A stretch of 49,668 nt of DNA from Octopus sinensis. Taxonomy: Eukaryota. Positions within the stretch are counted from its first letter, which is position 1, and every line of letters starts with the position of its first letter. The notes under the pieces are model-generated. The model made no database searches, was not told the DNA's origin, and was given only the letters and a program-made list of their open reading frames with translations. Where the stretch lies: the NCBI RefSeq assembly GCF_006345805.1, contig NW_021834456.1, forward strand, positions 1 through 49,668, written 5' to 3'. Shown here in pieces: positions 28,003 to 41,088 of the stretch. The translations under genes were made by a program, and so were the position numbers.

Positions 28003-28375
28003 ATAAATATTAGGCAATAAATCCAAATTCACAGGGAAAAATCAGATTTAGGATTGAATCCAATTTTATAGCAAAATATTATATAATATTAATTAGAGAC
28101 AAAACCACTATTTTGCAAATCAAACAAAGAAAGACTTAATCCAATACATAAAAAAATTTAATATCAGGTGGATTTCAGATCTTCTATTCAATTTTAAGTT
28201 ATTAATAAATTAAAATTGAATAGAAGATCTGAAATCCACCTGATGAATGTCATTAGAAGAGACACGAAACAATTGTAGTGGCGAATTTAATTTAATTTAA
28301 TTTATATTAAATTTTTTTATGTATTGGATTAAGTCTTTCTTTGTTTGATTTGTAAAATAGTGGTTTTGTCTCTAA

Positions 28376-28390
<15 letters not shown>
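27999..28390. mobile_element. PLE-type foldback element in (TA)n
   Basis: 28076-28163 is the reverse complement of 28304-28390. 28163-28196 is the reverse complement of 28210-28243. (TA)n lies at 27960-27998 and 28385-28418. Confidence 0.85.
28236..28281 (+). ncRNA. Minimal type I hammerhead ribozyme (PLE type)
   Basis: CCAC-CUGAUGA-A-UGUC-auuagaaga-GACA-C-GAAA-CAAUUG-UA-GUGG. Stem I is 4 bp, stem III is the palindrome ACAAUUGU, and cleavage is predicted at GUA after 28277. Confidence 0.8.
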
Positions 28391-28421
<31 letters not shown>

Positions 28422-29102
28422 AGAAAAAGGGAGAGAGAGATACACACACATACACATAATACATACATATGAACACGAAATTTGCGGCGCAGGGGAATAC
28501 GGCATATTACCAGATGTTTTTGCTACAGTTGATAAACCCCACAATCTATTGCTGTATTTGATGTACTTCGACGATAACCCTCATAACTATAGATTCTCTA
28601 GAGTACGGTTTCCACACAATGATAAAGAAAATGTGCAGATAAAATATAGTAGTTATTTTATGCTATAAAGTATGTATACGTGCTGCAGAAAATGGTCTGT
28701 CGTTATTGCGTATTACGTATTAAAACAGTGACAGCTCACTTTGTCAACTTGAATGGAAAATCTACATAAAAATTTGTAGATGCATAGACAAGTATGCAAA
28801 TGAGTACAATTTGGTCATTATAACAAAAGAAATGAATAGAGAACGAAGAAAGTGAGAGAGTATGAATGTGTGAGAGAGTTGAGTGATTGAGTGAATAATG
28901 GAAGGCTGTTAAAGCCAATCCTTACCGCCATACAATTTTCGGTGGTTCTTTACGCATTTATATACGCTCACATAAGCACAAATAACTTACAGAGGATAAA
29001 GTCAGGATGAAACATACGCTGTACAACGTTGTATCAATGGTATGAAGAATAGTGACAAAAAACTATATTAACAAAAAGTATAAAAAAGTAACAAAAACAA
29101 TA

Positions 29103-29299
29103 GTATTGGTTTCAAATTTTGACCTAAGGCCAACAATGTTTGAGAAGGGATTCGTCGATTGCAGAGGGCCCCATTGCTTAAATAGTGTTAATTTTTTCAA
29201 ATAAAAGGCAAAGTCTACCTCGGTGAAATTTGAACTCAGAACACAAAGACGGACTGAATGCCGTTAAGCATTCTAACGTTTTCAGAAGTTCGACGACTT
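29103..29299 (-). mobile_element. SINE family C (degenerate)
   Basis: GGTTTCAAATTTTG..AAGGCAAAGTCTACCTCGGTGAAATTTGAACTCAGAAC. Confidence 0.75.
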
Positions 29300-29312
29300 A
29301 ATAATAATAATA

Positions 29313-29873
29313 TGCCCTGATGCAGTGCCAGACAATGGCTCCTGATCTTAACTGATTGGAAGTGTTATCATGTACATATTTTGTCTTCGCATAAAAGATA
29401 GGCTACAGCAAATATTCTGCTCAATACCACAAATTTGCTTGTCAGTTGTTTGACCTTAACCAGTTGACCATGTCCCTTAGTGGCTGACGATTTGTGCATC
29501 TCTGATCACGAGCAGAAGTAGTGGGGGAGCATCATAGCCATGTGTTGAAAGGAATTCTTGGAGGTTTGGATAATTCACCTTTGGAAACATGGGTGTTTTG
29601 TTCAACATCCTTAAACAACCCTTATTCAGGGACCTTTTGAGCGGGATGGGCTACTCGACCAGAAGAAAGTTCTAACTGGGCCCCACCTGCAAGGTCATGC
29701 GCTGTTTATCTTGATGCGAGATCACCATGTCGTGCACATATGGTTGTGATGCATGTGCCTGGCGTACCCTTATCAGACAGGTAGTCATGATAGGTATACT
29801 GGGCTTCGTATATTTTACCCCTGTGTCACTTTGATGGCATGCACTGCTCTCTCACTTGATGATGATGATGATG
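29313..29873 (+). mobile_element. Unclassified non-LTR 3' region (family D) ending in a trinucleotide tail
   Basis: About 540 nt homologous along its length to 30092-30602. Both end in CTCTCTCACT plus a (GAT)n or (AAT)n tail. No ORF. Confidence 0.65.
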
Positions 29874-29894
29874 AGAAGAAGAAGAAGAAGAATC

Positions 29895-30093
29895 TTTTCT
29901 ACTATACGTACAAGGCCTAAAATTTTGGGGAAGGGGGTCAGTCGATTAAACCAACCCCATTACGCAAATGCCACTTAATTTTTCGACCCCGAAAGGATGA
30001 AAGGCAAAGTCGACCTCGGTGGAATTTGAAGTCAGAACGAAATACCACTATGTTAGACGAAATACCACTATGCATTTCGCCCAGCGTGCTAAT
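29895..30093 (-). mobile_element. SINE family C with an internal 19-nt duplication, head cut by family D
   Basis: CGACCCCGAAAGGATGAAAGGCAAAGTCGACCTCGGTGGAATTTGAA, then ACGAAATACCACTATG twice. Confidence 0.8.
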
Positions 30094-30602
30094 GCAGTAC
30101 CAGGCGCTGGATCTCATAGCTTCTGATCTCAATTGGTTGGAAGTCTTATCATGTGCATGTTTTGTCTTGGTATAAAAGATGGACGACAGCAAAATTTCTT
30201 CTCATTACCACAGATTTGCTTATCAGTTGCTTGACCTTTACCAGTTGAGCATGTCACTTGGTGGCTGACGATATGTGCATTTCTCATCATGACCAGAAGT
30301 AGTTGGGGAGGGGCAGCTTAACCATGTGTTGAAAGGAATTCTTTGGGGCTTGAATAATATAATTCACCTCTGGAAACATGAGCGGTTCGTTCAACATCAT
30401 TAAACAGCCCTTATTCAGGGACCTTTTGAGGAGGATGGGTTACTTGACCCGAAGAGAATTCTAACTGGGCCTCATCTATTTATCTTGATTATAAGATCAT
30501 CACGTCGCGCACATATGTGATAAGGTGTACCCTTATCAGGCGAGTAGTTATGATAGGTATACCGGGCTTCGTATTGCTCTCTCACTCAATAATAATAACA
30601 AC
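30092..30602 (+). mobile_element. Family D, second copy
   Basis: Colinear with 29313-29860, with internal deletions. Confidence 0.65.
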
Positions 30603-30812
30603 GGTTTCAAATATTTGGTACAAGTCCAGCAATTTCGGGTAAAGAGCTAACTTCATTGGAATGACTCCAACACTCAACTGGTATGGAATTTGTCGATCCC
30701 AACAAAAGCAAAAGTCAACTCCTATGGAATTTGAATTCATAATGTGAAGATGGACGAAACGCCGATAAGCATTATGCCAGGCGTGCTAACGATTCTGCCA
30801 GTTCACCGCTTT
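30603..30812 (-). mobile_element. SINE family C
   Basis: Head reverse complement GCGTGCTAACGATTCTGCCAGTTCACCGCTTT. Confidence 0.75.
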
Positions 30813-30987
30813 AATTATAATAATAATAAGAAGAAGAAGACGAAGAAGAAGAAGAGGAGGAGGAGGGAGGAGGAGGAGAAAAAGGAGAAGAGGAGGAGGA
30901 GAAGAAGAAGAAGAAGTAGGAGAAGAGGAAGAAGAAGAGGAAGGAGTAGCAGAAGAAGAAGAAGAAGAAGAAGAAGAAGAAGAAGAG
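30813..30987. repeat. (AAT)n followed by a (GAA)/(GGA)n polypurine tract
   Basis: About 160 nt almost entirely purine on the + strand. Confidence 0.95.
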
Positions 30988-31204
30988 TGACTTTGAAAAA
31001 AATATGGAAAAAAACCTAGCATCAAGAAATTGTGCAAAAGAATGCGTTCCACACACAAGGCAATCTATCTTTTAGGTTTCTTTTTTCTTAAACTTAGCAG
31101 AACTTGAAGCTTTCTTCATAATGCCTGCTTTCGGTGAATGGTCGTCGATCGGAAGGTATTTATCACCCAGCCCATACTAAAACAAACAAAATTAATAATA
31201 TTAA

Positions 31205-31845
31205 TAATACTTTCTATAGGGCTACAGTACTTGTGGGGAGGGCTCGTGAATACTTGACTGGTACTTATCTCATCGATGCCTGAAGAATGAAAGATAATGT
31301 TGGCCTGAGTGGTATTTAAAATTAGTGCTTAAAGACGGATGAAATACCGCTAAGTATCTTGTCCTGCATGCTAACGATTTAGCACCTTATACATGATAAT
31401 GATAATCTCTTCTACAATAGGTACAGGACGGAATTTGTGAGAGATGGGACTATGCGATTACACCAACTCCAGTGCTGAACTGGTACTTATTTTGTCGACG
31501 CTAGATGGATAAAGGGAAAAATCGACCTCGCCAGAAATTGAACTAACAACATAAAAATGAATGAAATGCATCTAAGCATTTTTCTCAGTGTTCCCAAGAT
31601 TCTGCCGGCTCATCGCCTTAGTAGTCAATAGTCTTTTCTACTGAAGACACAATGCCTGCAATGTTTGGGGCACAGGACCAGTCGATAACGTCGACCCCAA
31701 TGTTTCACTGGTACTTAATTTATCCACCTGGAAAGGATAGAAAGTAAAGTCGACCTCGGAAGAATTTGAACTCAGAATAAAAAGACGGACGAAATGTTTA
31801 ACAGCATTAACCCGGCGCTTTAACGATTTTGCCAGCACACCGCCT
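31205..31845 (-). mobile_element. Three further head-to-tail SINE family C copies (about 31205-31388, 31405-31620, 31632-31845)
   Basis: Each shows remnants of GTACTTA..GTCGAC..AAAG..GACCTCG..GAATTTGAACT and a head ending in GCC(G)CCTT. Confidence 0.7.
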
Positions 31846-32262
31846 GCAGTAGTAATAATAATAATAATAATGATAAACGTTTCCTACTATGGGATCAAAG
31901 CTGAAATGTGGGGCCAGGGTAATAATAAAGGCAGTAGACCCACGCATGAATTTTCAGTGACAATTAACACATGAACAAAGGAACAGATTTATGCAATTTA
32001 GCTACAAAGAACGCAATTTAGTAGAAGCGGCAAACGTTATATGGTTCCAAACAACGTTAAAAATCTCAAGATTTCAGATAAAATGTCTACCGTTATCGCT
32101 ACATACACGCATATAAGTTAATTCATTGAGATATGTTCACACGCACAAACATGCCCCGATGCAAGTACATTCTCAGTGTAGTCGGCGAGTATTGCGCAAT
32201 AGAGCATGTGAGCTTATGCACTAATGGTGCACTAATGAATTAATGAAACGCGTATATATTAT

Positions 32263-32692
32263 CTCTCTTTACTCTTTTACTCTTTTACTTGTTTCAGTCA
32301 TTTGACTGCGGCCATGCTGGAGCACCGCCTTTAGTCGAGCAAATCGACCCCGGGACTTATTCTTTGTAAGCCCAGTACTTATTCTATCGGTCTCTTTTGC
32401 CGAACCGCTAAGTGATGGGGACGTAAACACACCAGCATCGGTTGTCAAGCAATGCTAGGGGGACAAACACAGACATACAACCACACACATATATATATAT
32501 ACATATATATACATATATATATATACATATATCATATATATATATATATATACATATATATACATATATATATATATAATACATATATATACATATATAT
32601 ATATATATATACATATATACATATATATAATATATATACATATATTATATATATACATATATATACATATATATATATATATACATATATAC

Positions 32693-32739
<47 letters not shown>

Positions 32740-32790
32740 ATATATATACATATATATACTATATATATATATATACATATATATACTATA

Positions 32791-32822
<32 letters not shown>

Positions 32823-33011
32823 ATATATACATATATATATATATACATATATACGACAGGTTTCTTTCAGTTTCCGCCTACCAAATCCACTCACAAGGCA
32901 TTGGTCGGCCCGGGGCTATAGCAGAAGACACTCGCCCAAGATGCCACGCAGTGGGACTCAACCCGGAACCATGTGGTTGGTTAGCAAGCTACTTACCACC
33001 CAGCCACTCCT
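32263..33011 (-). mobile_element. SINE family B, full length, with the internal (TA/CATA)n expanded to about 370 nt
   Basis: Head at 33011 and tail (CTTTTA)n at 32263. Confidence 0.9.
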
Positions 33012-33049
33012 GCGCTTAGTGATATATATATATATATATATAATATATA

Positions 33050-33330
33050 TATATATATATAAACGGCAAAATATATGTCTGCCTGTGAGTGTGTCCTTTA
33101 TACAAATCCACAATTTTTCAGTTAGAGGGCTTCCATTTCCTATGGTTATTTAAAGCCGGCTAAGGGTTGGTCGTGCACATCTGTACATTTCCCCAGTTAC
33201 CCCACAAAGCCATTAAAGATGAGTAGAAGTGACTTTTTTGTGAATTTTCTATCCAAAACCCAATCAAAATGCCCGAAACTTGATACGCCAGCTAACTGTA
33301 TGTAATTGGTCGGAGATTTGGACAGTACTC
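33050..33330 (+). mobile_element. Helitron-like non-autonomous element, 5' part
   Basis: TATATATAAACGGCAAAAT..GTCTGCCTGTG..CCTTTATACAAATCCACAATTTTTCAG, shared with 24174-24253. No 3' CTRR hairpin identified. Confidence 0.35.
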
Positions 33331-34814
33331 GCGTGTATGTGCGCACGCACGCAGCTGTATATGCCTTACCAGAGCTGCACACACACACACATACAACATA
33401 CACACACATATTCACTACTGTATGGTTGTTGACTTTCATGAAATCCTCCACACTTTGACGGGTATTCTTTTTCGTCCCGCACAATACCCCGTAATCACCG
33501 TCATTACGAAGCAAGGTTGGAGTTCCTTGAACCCGACTATAATGTTCTACATGCATCTGGCATTTGTCCCACTCAGTCAACAATTTAGGAAAATGAGTGG
33601 CGATGATCTGGACATATATGTCTGTATGTCCGATGAGCACACCCTAAGGAGCTGATTTATGGGGAAAGGAACAGTGTAAGAGATAGAGTTTGATGGAGAA
33701 CATAAAAATGTAGTATTTGATCAAAAGTATATGAAAACCTTGGAAGCAGATCGCTGTATGTAACGTCAAAAAATATGGGATGGTATAGTATGAAAACTTT
33801 TGCCTAAAACATGCTAATGCGGGTAAATATTAAGAGAAACATGAGAACAAAAATAGCCAGTAAGATAACATGAACTTGTTAGAGCTGATTCTAATTGTAG
33901 TGTGTCCTTAAGCTGCTGTCTGAAGCTGGACTTGAGTCTCACACAAGAACATTTTAAATAGAATACTACCCATTATAGAAAGTACCTGTCAATTTGCCCA
34001 TGTCAATATGTAACCGGATCTGGAAATCTCAAGGTCTGAAGAAACATTTTAAGGTTCATAAAGGTCATACATTATAGGATGTTGACACTCTAACAAAACT
34101 TCTATTGTCTAAAACGTCACACAAGTTCTCAGGCTAGACTTAAGCCTTGTGTTCACTGACAAAGTGAAGCTTTGCAATGAGCACACGTATACAGACATAC
34201 GCACGCGCACACAGAGACGCGCGCGCACACACACACACACACGCACTACACATATGTAGACTCACACCTATATGTATGTATGTACGTGACAATATCATTA
34301 ACGTTATGAGAGGCGCGAAGCAGAGCCTGAAAGTAAACAAACGTTAAACCAAATTCAAATATATTTGAATATTATTTAAACACGTAAAGAGCTTTTCAGT
34401 CATAGAGAAAACATTTTTGTGTAAGATAATTTTGTTGAAAAAAAAAAACCCATACGTCTGAATGCGTATGTTTGCATATACTTTTGTGTATTTTCACATA
34501 TGTGTGTAAATAGGTATGTGTATATTTGTTAGTGTATGCGTCAGCTTTTCTGCATGTAAATGAAATATAGTTAGAGGCAAGATGTATATGACAATCTAAA
34601 ATAGTTACTGTCTCGTCAAGTGAGCAGAAAAAATTCCGTGACTATTTCTATATATCTGTGTCGTACATAAAAGTTTCGTTTTTGTAAGCATGTAAGTCAA
34701 ATAGAAAATTTATCTTCCTTGTCATTACAGATATATCCAGATCAAAATCCATAAATAATTTGGGGATTGCTGTGGAGAGATTTGCTGATCGTATCTAGAA
34801 AAGAGATAAATAGC

Positions 34815-34882
<68 letters not shown>

Positions 34883-34948
34883 TAGCGAGATAGGAAAAAA
34901 TATTGATTGACTGCTGGAGTGTTTGATATGTATATATATATATATATG

Positions 34949-36701
34949 CTCTGTTTTCAGCAATCCTGATATGGCCGATCTGGGCTGTATCAGTGATGTC
35001 AACCCCCAACACACTATATCGGACATAACGTTTAGTGCCCCTGATGTCTTAGCGGCGATAAATGAAATAAAACACAATTCAGCAGTAGGCCCCGATAGGT
35101 TCCCTGCTTGTGTCCTGAAGGTGTGTCGACACCAACTTGCATCTCCCCTTGTTAATCTGTGGAGAAATCACTGGATGCTGGCTATATTCCAAAAAACCTT
35201 CTGTCCAGTCTGTTGTCCCAGTTTTCAAAAAGGGAAACAAGTCCCTTGCAGTGAACTACCGTCCGATCTCACTCACCTCTCATATCATCAAGGTATTTGA
35301 GAGGTGGTGAGATCTCGAATAACCCAATTTCTGGAAAGCAACAGACGGCTGATCTCTAACCAACATGGGTTCCGTAATGGAAGGGACTGCCTAACGCAGC
35401 TCCTGCATCACTTTGAGGACATTTTGAGAGCTTTGGGAGAGGGCTCCAACACCGATGTCATCTACCTTGATTTCAGTAAGGCCTTCGACAGGGTCGATCA
35501 CAAGATCCTATTGAAAAGACTATCCAACATTGGTGTCTCTGGAAAGTTACTGAAATGGATCAAGTGTTTCCTGACAGACAGATCTCAACATGTTGTAGTT
35601 GAAGGGGTAAAATCAAGCCCAGCCAAAGTCAGTAGTGGCTTTCCGCAAGGCACTGTGCTGGGCCCACTTATTTTCATCATCTACATTAATGACATCAATG
35701 ACATCATCAAGTACAGCAACATAAAAATCTTTGCAGATGATTCCAAGCTACAGAAGGTCATAAATGAGGCGAGTGACCGGACATGCCTTCAGTCAGATCT
35801 ACTGGCTGTTATCCAATGGGCAGAAAAAAACAATATGCTGCTGAACGAGGATAAATTTGAGTTAATCCACTTTGGAAAAGAGGATGCCCTGAAACTCCCA
35901 TACTCCCTTCCTTCAGGTGAAACTCTCGCAGCGTCCAACAACATCAGAGACTTGGGAGTAATTGTGGACAACAACATAAGCTGGGCCACTCATATAAACA
36001 CCAAAGTTGGCATGGCCCGCAGAATGTGTTCCTGGATTCTCAGAACTTTCCAGTCGAGAGATATCCACACCATTATCCTTCTCTTCTCCACTTTTGCCCG
36101 ACCCCAACTTGAATACTGTTGTCCACTGTGGTCTCCCCACTAATACAAAGTATCATAAAGGTTGAAGCACCTCAAAGGGCAATCACAAGAAAGATAGATG
36201 GCATGACAGGCCTCGACTATTGGGGTCGACTAGAAAAGCTAAAACATTATTCTCTCCAACGTCGTCGTGAGCGCTACATCATCTGCATGATGTGGAAAAT
36301 ATTCCATCAGCATTGCCCAAATGATGTTGGCATCACTTTTAAGGTACATCCAAGGCTTGGGCCCCGTGCCATCCGCCCAAAACAAAAATCGCACTCTCAT
36401 CTCATAACAACAATACGGCACAATTATTTCACCTCAATTGGACCCGCTCTCTTTAACATTACACCAAAACACATTAAAACAGAAACTGACCCTATAGGGT
36501 TCAAAAAGTCCTTGGACAAATTCCTTCAAGAAATCCCGGATAAACCCCCTACACCCGGATATGTCTCTGTAAACAATAACTATCTACTTGAGTGGGCCAT
36601 AGTGCCCAAATTCTGACTTGAAAGACTTCACCAGGTGGTGCTATTAAGTTAGATATGGCCTGGGCCAATAATGGCCAAAACCTATCAAAGTATCAAAGTA
36701 T
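34949..36701 (+). mobile_element. Young 5'-truncated CR1-group LINE with a complete RT domain and 3' tail
   Basis: SAVGPDRFP..NYRPISLTSHIIKVFER..QHGFRNGRDCLTQL..DVIYLDFSKAFDRVDH..SGFPQGTVLGPLIF..IFADDSKL..RDLGVIVD..RPQLEYCCPLWSP..YWGRLEKLKHYSLQRRRERY. Ends in a (TATCAAAG)x2 tail. The endonuclease domain is absent. Confidence 0.95.
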
Positions 36702-38804
36702 ATGTTTATAATGTATATATTCATACTTATACGTATAAATATATATAAATATATATATGTATATATTCATACATATATACATAAATATATATATGTATAT
36801 ATTCATACATATACGTATAAATATATATAAATATATATATGTATATATTCATACATATACGTATAAATATATATAAATATATATATTCATACATATACAT
36901 ATAAATATATATAAATATATATATGTATATATTCATACATATACATATAAATATATATATATATGTATATATTCATATACATATAAATATAAATAAATAT
37001 ATATATGTATATATTCATATACATATAAATATATATAAATATATATATGTATATATTCATATACATATAAATATATATAAATATATATATGTATATATTC
37101 ATATACATATAAATATATATAAATATATATATGTATATATTCATATACATATAAATATATATAAATATATATATGTATATATTCATACATATACATATAA
37201 ATATTTATTCAATATAGGGTAGCAAAAAAAAATTCAGCAGAAATTATTTGCCACCAGCGTCTAGTAGGAAAAATAGATAGTCAGAGACTATTAATACATT
37301 CAACATCATGTTTTTTTAAAATTTTCTCCTGGTTTTTCGAATTAATACTTGTTTGCGGTTTAAGCCTTGGCTGCTATTTCTAGTAGGTTGAACAGCCTAT
37401 TATGGCTGTTCCTATATTTTGATGATATACATATAAATATATATATATGTATATATTCATACATATACATATAAATATATATAAATATATATATGTATAT
37501 ATTCATACATATACATATATATATAAATATATATATGTATATATTCATATATAGTAGTACCCTCAATATAATATAAATGAATATTTTCAAAGAGGAAGAA
37601 TTTACGGATTTTTTCTCTTACGAGGTTTTTCACGCTGACTACTGATAATTTCTTTTAAAGATTTTATCCTCAATTGTTAATTTATATATATTCATATACA
37701 TATAATAATATATATACATGTATATATATATATATAAATACATATAAATATATATATATACATGTATATATATATATATAAATACATATAATATATATAT
37801 ATATACATGTATATATATATATAAATACATATAATATATATATATATGTGTGTATATATATATATACATATAAATATATATATATGTGTGTATAGATATA
37901 TATACATATAATATATATATATGTGTGTATAGATATATATACATATAATATATATATATGTGTGTATATATATATACATATAAATATGTATATATGTGTG
38001 TGTATATATATATACATATAAATATGTATATATGTGTGTGTATATATATACATATAAATATGTATATATGTGTGTATATATATATATACATATAAATATG
38101 TATATATGTGTGTATATATATATATACATATAAATATGTATATATGTTTGTATATATATACATATAAATATATATATATTTGTGTATATATATACATATA
38201 ATATATATATATGTGTGTATATATATACATATAAATATATATATATGTGTGTATATATATACATATAAATATATATATATATGTGTGTATATATATATAC
38301 ATATAACTATATATATATGTGTATATATATATATATACATATAACTATATATATATGTGTATATATATACATATAAATATATATATATATATATGTGTAT
38401 ATATATACATATAACTATATATAAATGTGTATATATATACATATAACTATATATATATGTGTATAGATATACATATAAATATATATATATATATATGTGT
38501 ATATATATACATATAACTATATATGTGTATATATATACATATAAATATATATATATGTGTATAGATATACATATAAATATATATATATATATATGTGTAT
38601 ATATATACATATAATATATATGTGTATATATATACATATAAATATATATATATATAATGTGTATATATACATATAACTATATATATGTGTATATATATAC
38701 ATATAAAATATATTATATATATATGTGTATATATTACATGTAAATATATATATATGTGTATATATATACTTGTAAATATATATATATGTGTATATATATA
38801 CTTG

Positions 38805-38845
<41 letters not shown>

Positions 38846-38876
38846 ATATATATATATGTAAATATATATATATATT
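36702..38876. repeat. Compound AT-rich micro/minisatellite with two unique islands (about 37205-37420 and 37555-37680)
   Basis: Higher-order 30-45-nt units such as ATATATGTATATATTCATACATATACATATAA and TATATGTGTGTATATATATACATATAA. Confidence 0.9.
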
Positions 38877-39277
38877 GGAGTGGCTGTGTGGTAAGTAGCT
38901 TGCTAACCAACCACATGGCTCCGGGTTCAGTCCCACTGCGTGGAATCTTGGGCAAGTGTCTTCTGCTATAGCCCCGGGCCGACCAATGCCTTGTGAGTGG
39001 ATTTGGTAGACGGAAACTGAAAGAAGCCTGTCGTATATATGTATATATATGTATGTGTGTGTGTTTGTGTGTTTGTCCCCCTAGCATTGCTTGACAACTG
39101 ATGCTGGTGTGTTTACGTCCCCGTCACCTAGTGGTTCGGCAAAAGAGACCGATTGAATAAGTACTGGGCTTACAAAGAATAAGTCCCGGGGTCGATTTGC
39201 TCGACTAAAGGCGGTGCTCCAGCATGGCCGCAGTCAAATGACTGAAACAAGTAAAAGATAAAAGATAAAAGAAAGAT
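38877..39277 (+). mobile_element. SINE family B, full length, young
   Basis: GGAGTGGCTGTGTGGTAAGTAGC.. through to an (AAAGAT)n tail. Highly similar to the 32.3-33.0-kb copy. Confidence 0.9.
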
Positions 39278-39465
39278 ATATGTATATATATACATGTAAA
39301 TATATATATATATGTGTATATATATACATGTAAATATATATATATATATTTGTGTATATATATACATGTAATATATATATATATGTGTATATATATATAC
39401 ATATAAATGTATATATATACATATATATACAAATGTGGTGTATATATTATACATATATATACAAA

Positions 39466-39509
<44 letters not shown>

Positions 39510-40254
39510 ATATAACACCACACATATATTATTATTTATATATATATATATATGTATATATTCATACATATGCTTATAATATATGTATTTATATATGTAT
39601 AAATGTATAAATTCATACACACACACACATATTATTATCTCTTTGAAAATATAGCCATGAAACATGCGTAGTCTTTTTACTACTGTTTACTAGTTATTGA
39701 GCTTTACTGTTTTAAACTAAAGCTTTTTTATAGTATATGTTTTCTATATGGTGTGAATAACATTTCTTTATTGAATTGTTTGATAGTGGTTTTTCTCTAA
39801 ATTATATACATATAGTACAACTTCTGAAATTGGATATTAAATTGTTAAATTAAATCCTTCCCTGTAAGTTTTGGAATTATATTATTATTATTATATATGT
39901 ATATATATATTAGAAAGCAAAAGCAAGAAAATTACATCATAAACGTTATACTAGAGATACGTCTATGGTATTAACAATATTGTATGAAAAAATAAATATA
40001 TAAGTATGATTACTTAACAGGTTTTGAGATATCCTACGACCGTTGCATGACTGTATTACCTTTCGAAATGAAATTCTACATTGATAATCATTATTAAGTA
40101 GTACATTTACATAGAGAAAAAATACCAATTTTCCTGTAGTCAATTAGTCAATCCAATGATAGAGATGCTATTTAAAATTTTATAAGCATAAACTTTTAGC
40201 CCAAGTGTATGCCAATGTACGTCTATACAGATACATTTTTAAATGACACCACAT

Positions 40255-40382
40255 ACAATACCAGATTGATATGGATCATACATTTGCTGGGAAAGTCGGA
40301 GAACTCAATACTTGAAAGTAAAATCTTCCTGGACTTGTGATTCGTGACGGTGGACTGGGTACTCGGTTAAGTTATTAGAATC
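40255..40382 (+). repeat. Unassigned dispersed repeat (second copy 44541-44680, minus)
   Basis: Shared ATTTGCTGGGAAAGTCGG.GAA..GTAAAATC.TCCTGGAC..GTGATTCGT..C.GTGGACT..GTACTCGGTTAAG.TAT.AGAATC. Confidence 0.65.
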
Positions 40383-40439
40383 CTGTCATAAGTGTATATA
40401 TATATATATATATATACATATATATATCTATATACATAC

Positions 40440-40620
40440 ACACCGCTAGCCACCAAACTTTTTGTTTTCTCTCCCTGTTTATTTCTGTGTCCCTTTCTGC
40501 CGAAGAGCGTCAGCTCAAAACGTAAAAAACTTTCTCACTCCCTAAGCGTGAAACTAATACATCTGTTTGTTGTTTACACACTTGTCTTCATCTTTCGTTG
40601 TTTTTTTAAATTCTCACTAT
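40440..40620 (+). mobile_element. PLE-like terminal relic with a decayed minimal hammerhead-like motif (40493-40530)
   Basis: CTTTCTGCCGAAGAGCGTCAGCTCAAAACGTAAAAAAC, homologous to 7605-7790. (TA)n flanks. Confidence 0.45.
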
Positions 40621-41026
40621 ATATACATTAATATATATGTGCATATATATATATATGTGTGTGTGTGTGTATGTATATATATATATATGTTTATACATAC
40701 ATATATATATATATGTGTGTATACATACATATACATGTAAACATATTCATACACACACACGCACGCATATATATCAACTCAGTATCAATCTGATCAATTT
40801 ATCATTAAACTTTGAATACATAACCATATATGGCATTTCGCCCAGCCAAAGCTACAAGTTGCTGTCAAGTGATGAATTGAACTTTTTAATATATGTGTAT
40901 TTGTGCATGACTGTGTGTGTGTGCATTTGCTTGTGTCGGTGTTTCTGCATGTGTATGTGTGTGTGAATACACAGAATTTTCTCTTACTTTATGCATATAT
41001 GAACCAAGCGATACAGAAATACACGC

Positions 41027-41088
<62 letters not shown>

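Noticed and set aside
33197-33655. 147-aa minus-strand ORF
   Set aside because: It crosses a (CA)n tract and a Helitron-like piece. The weak resemblance to a mariner C-terminus is not convincing.
37205-37680. Unique islands inside the large AT satellite as PLE ends
   Set aside because: Plausible repeat remnants, but no HHR core or coding motif was found, so no assignment is supported.
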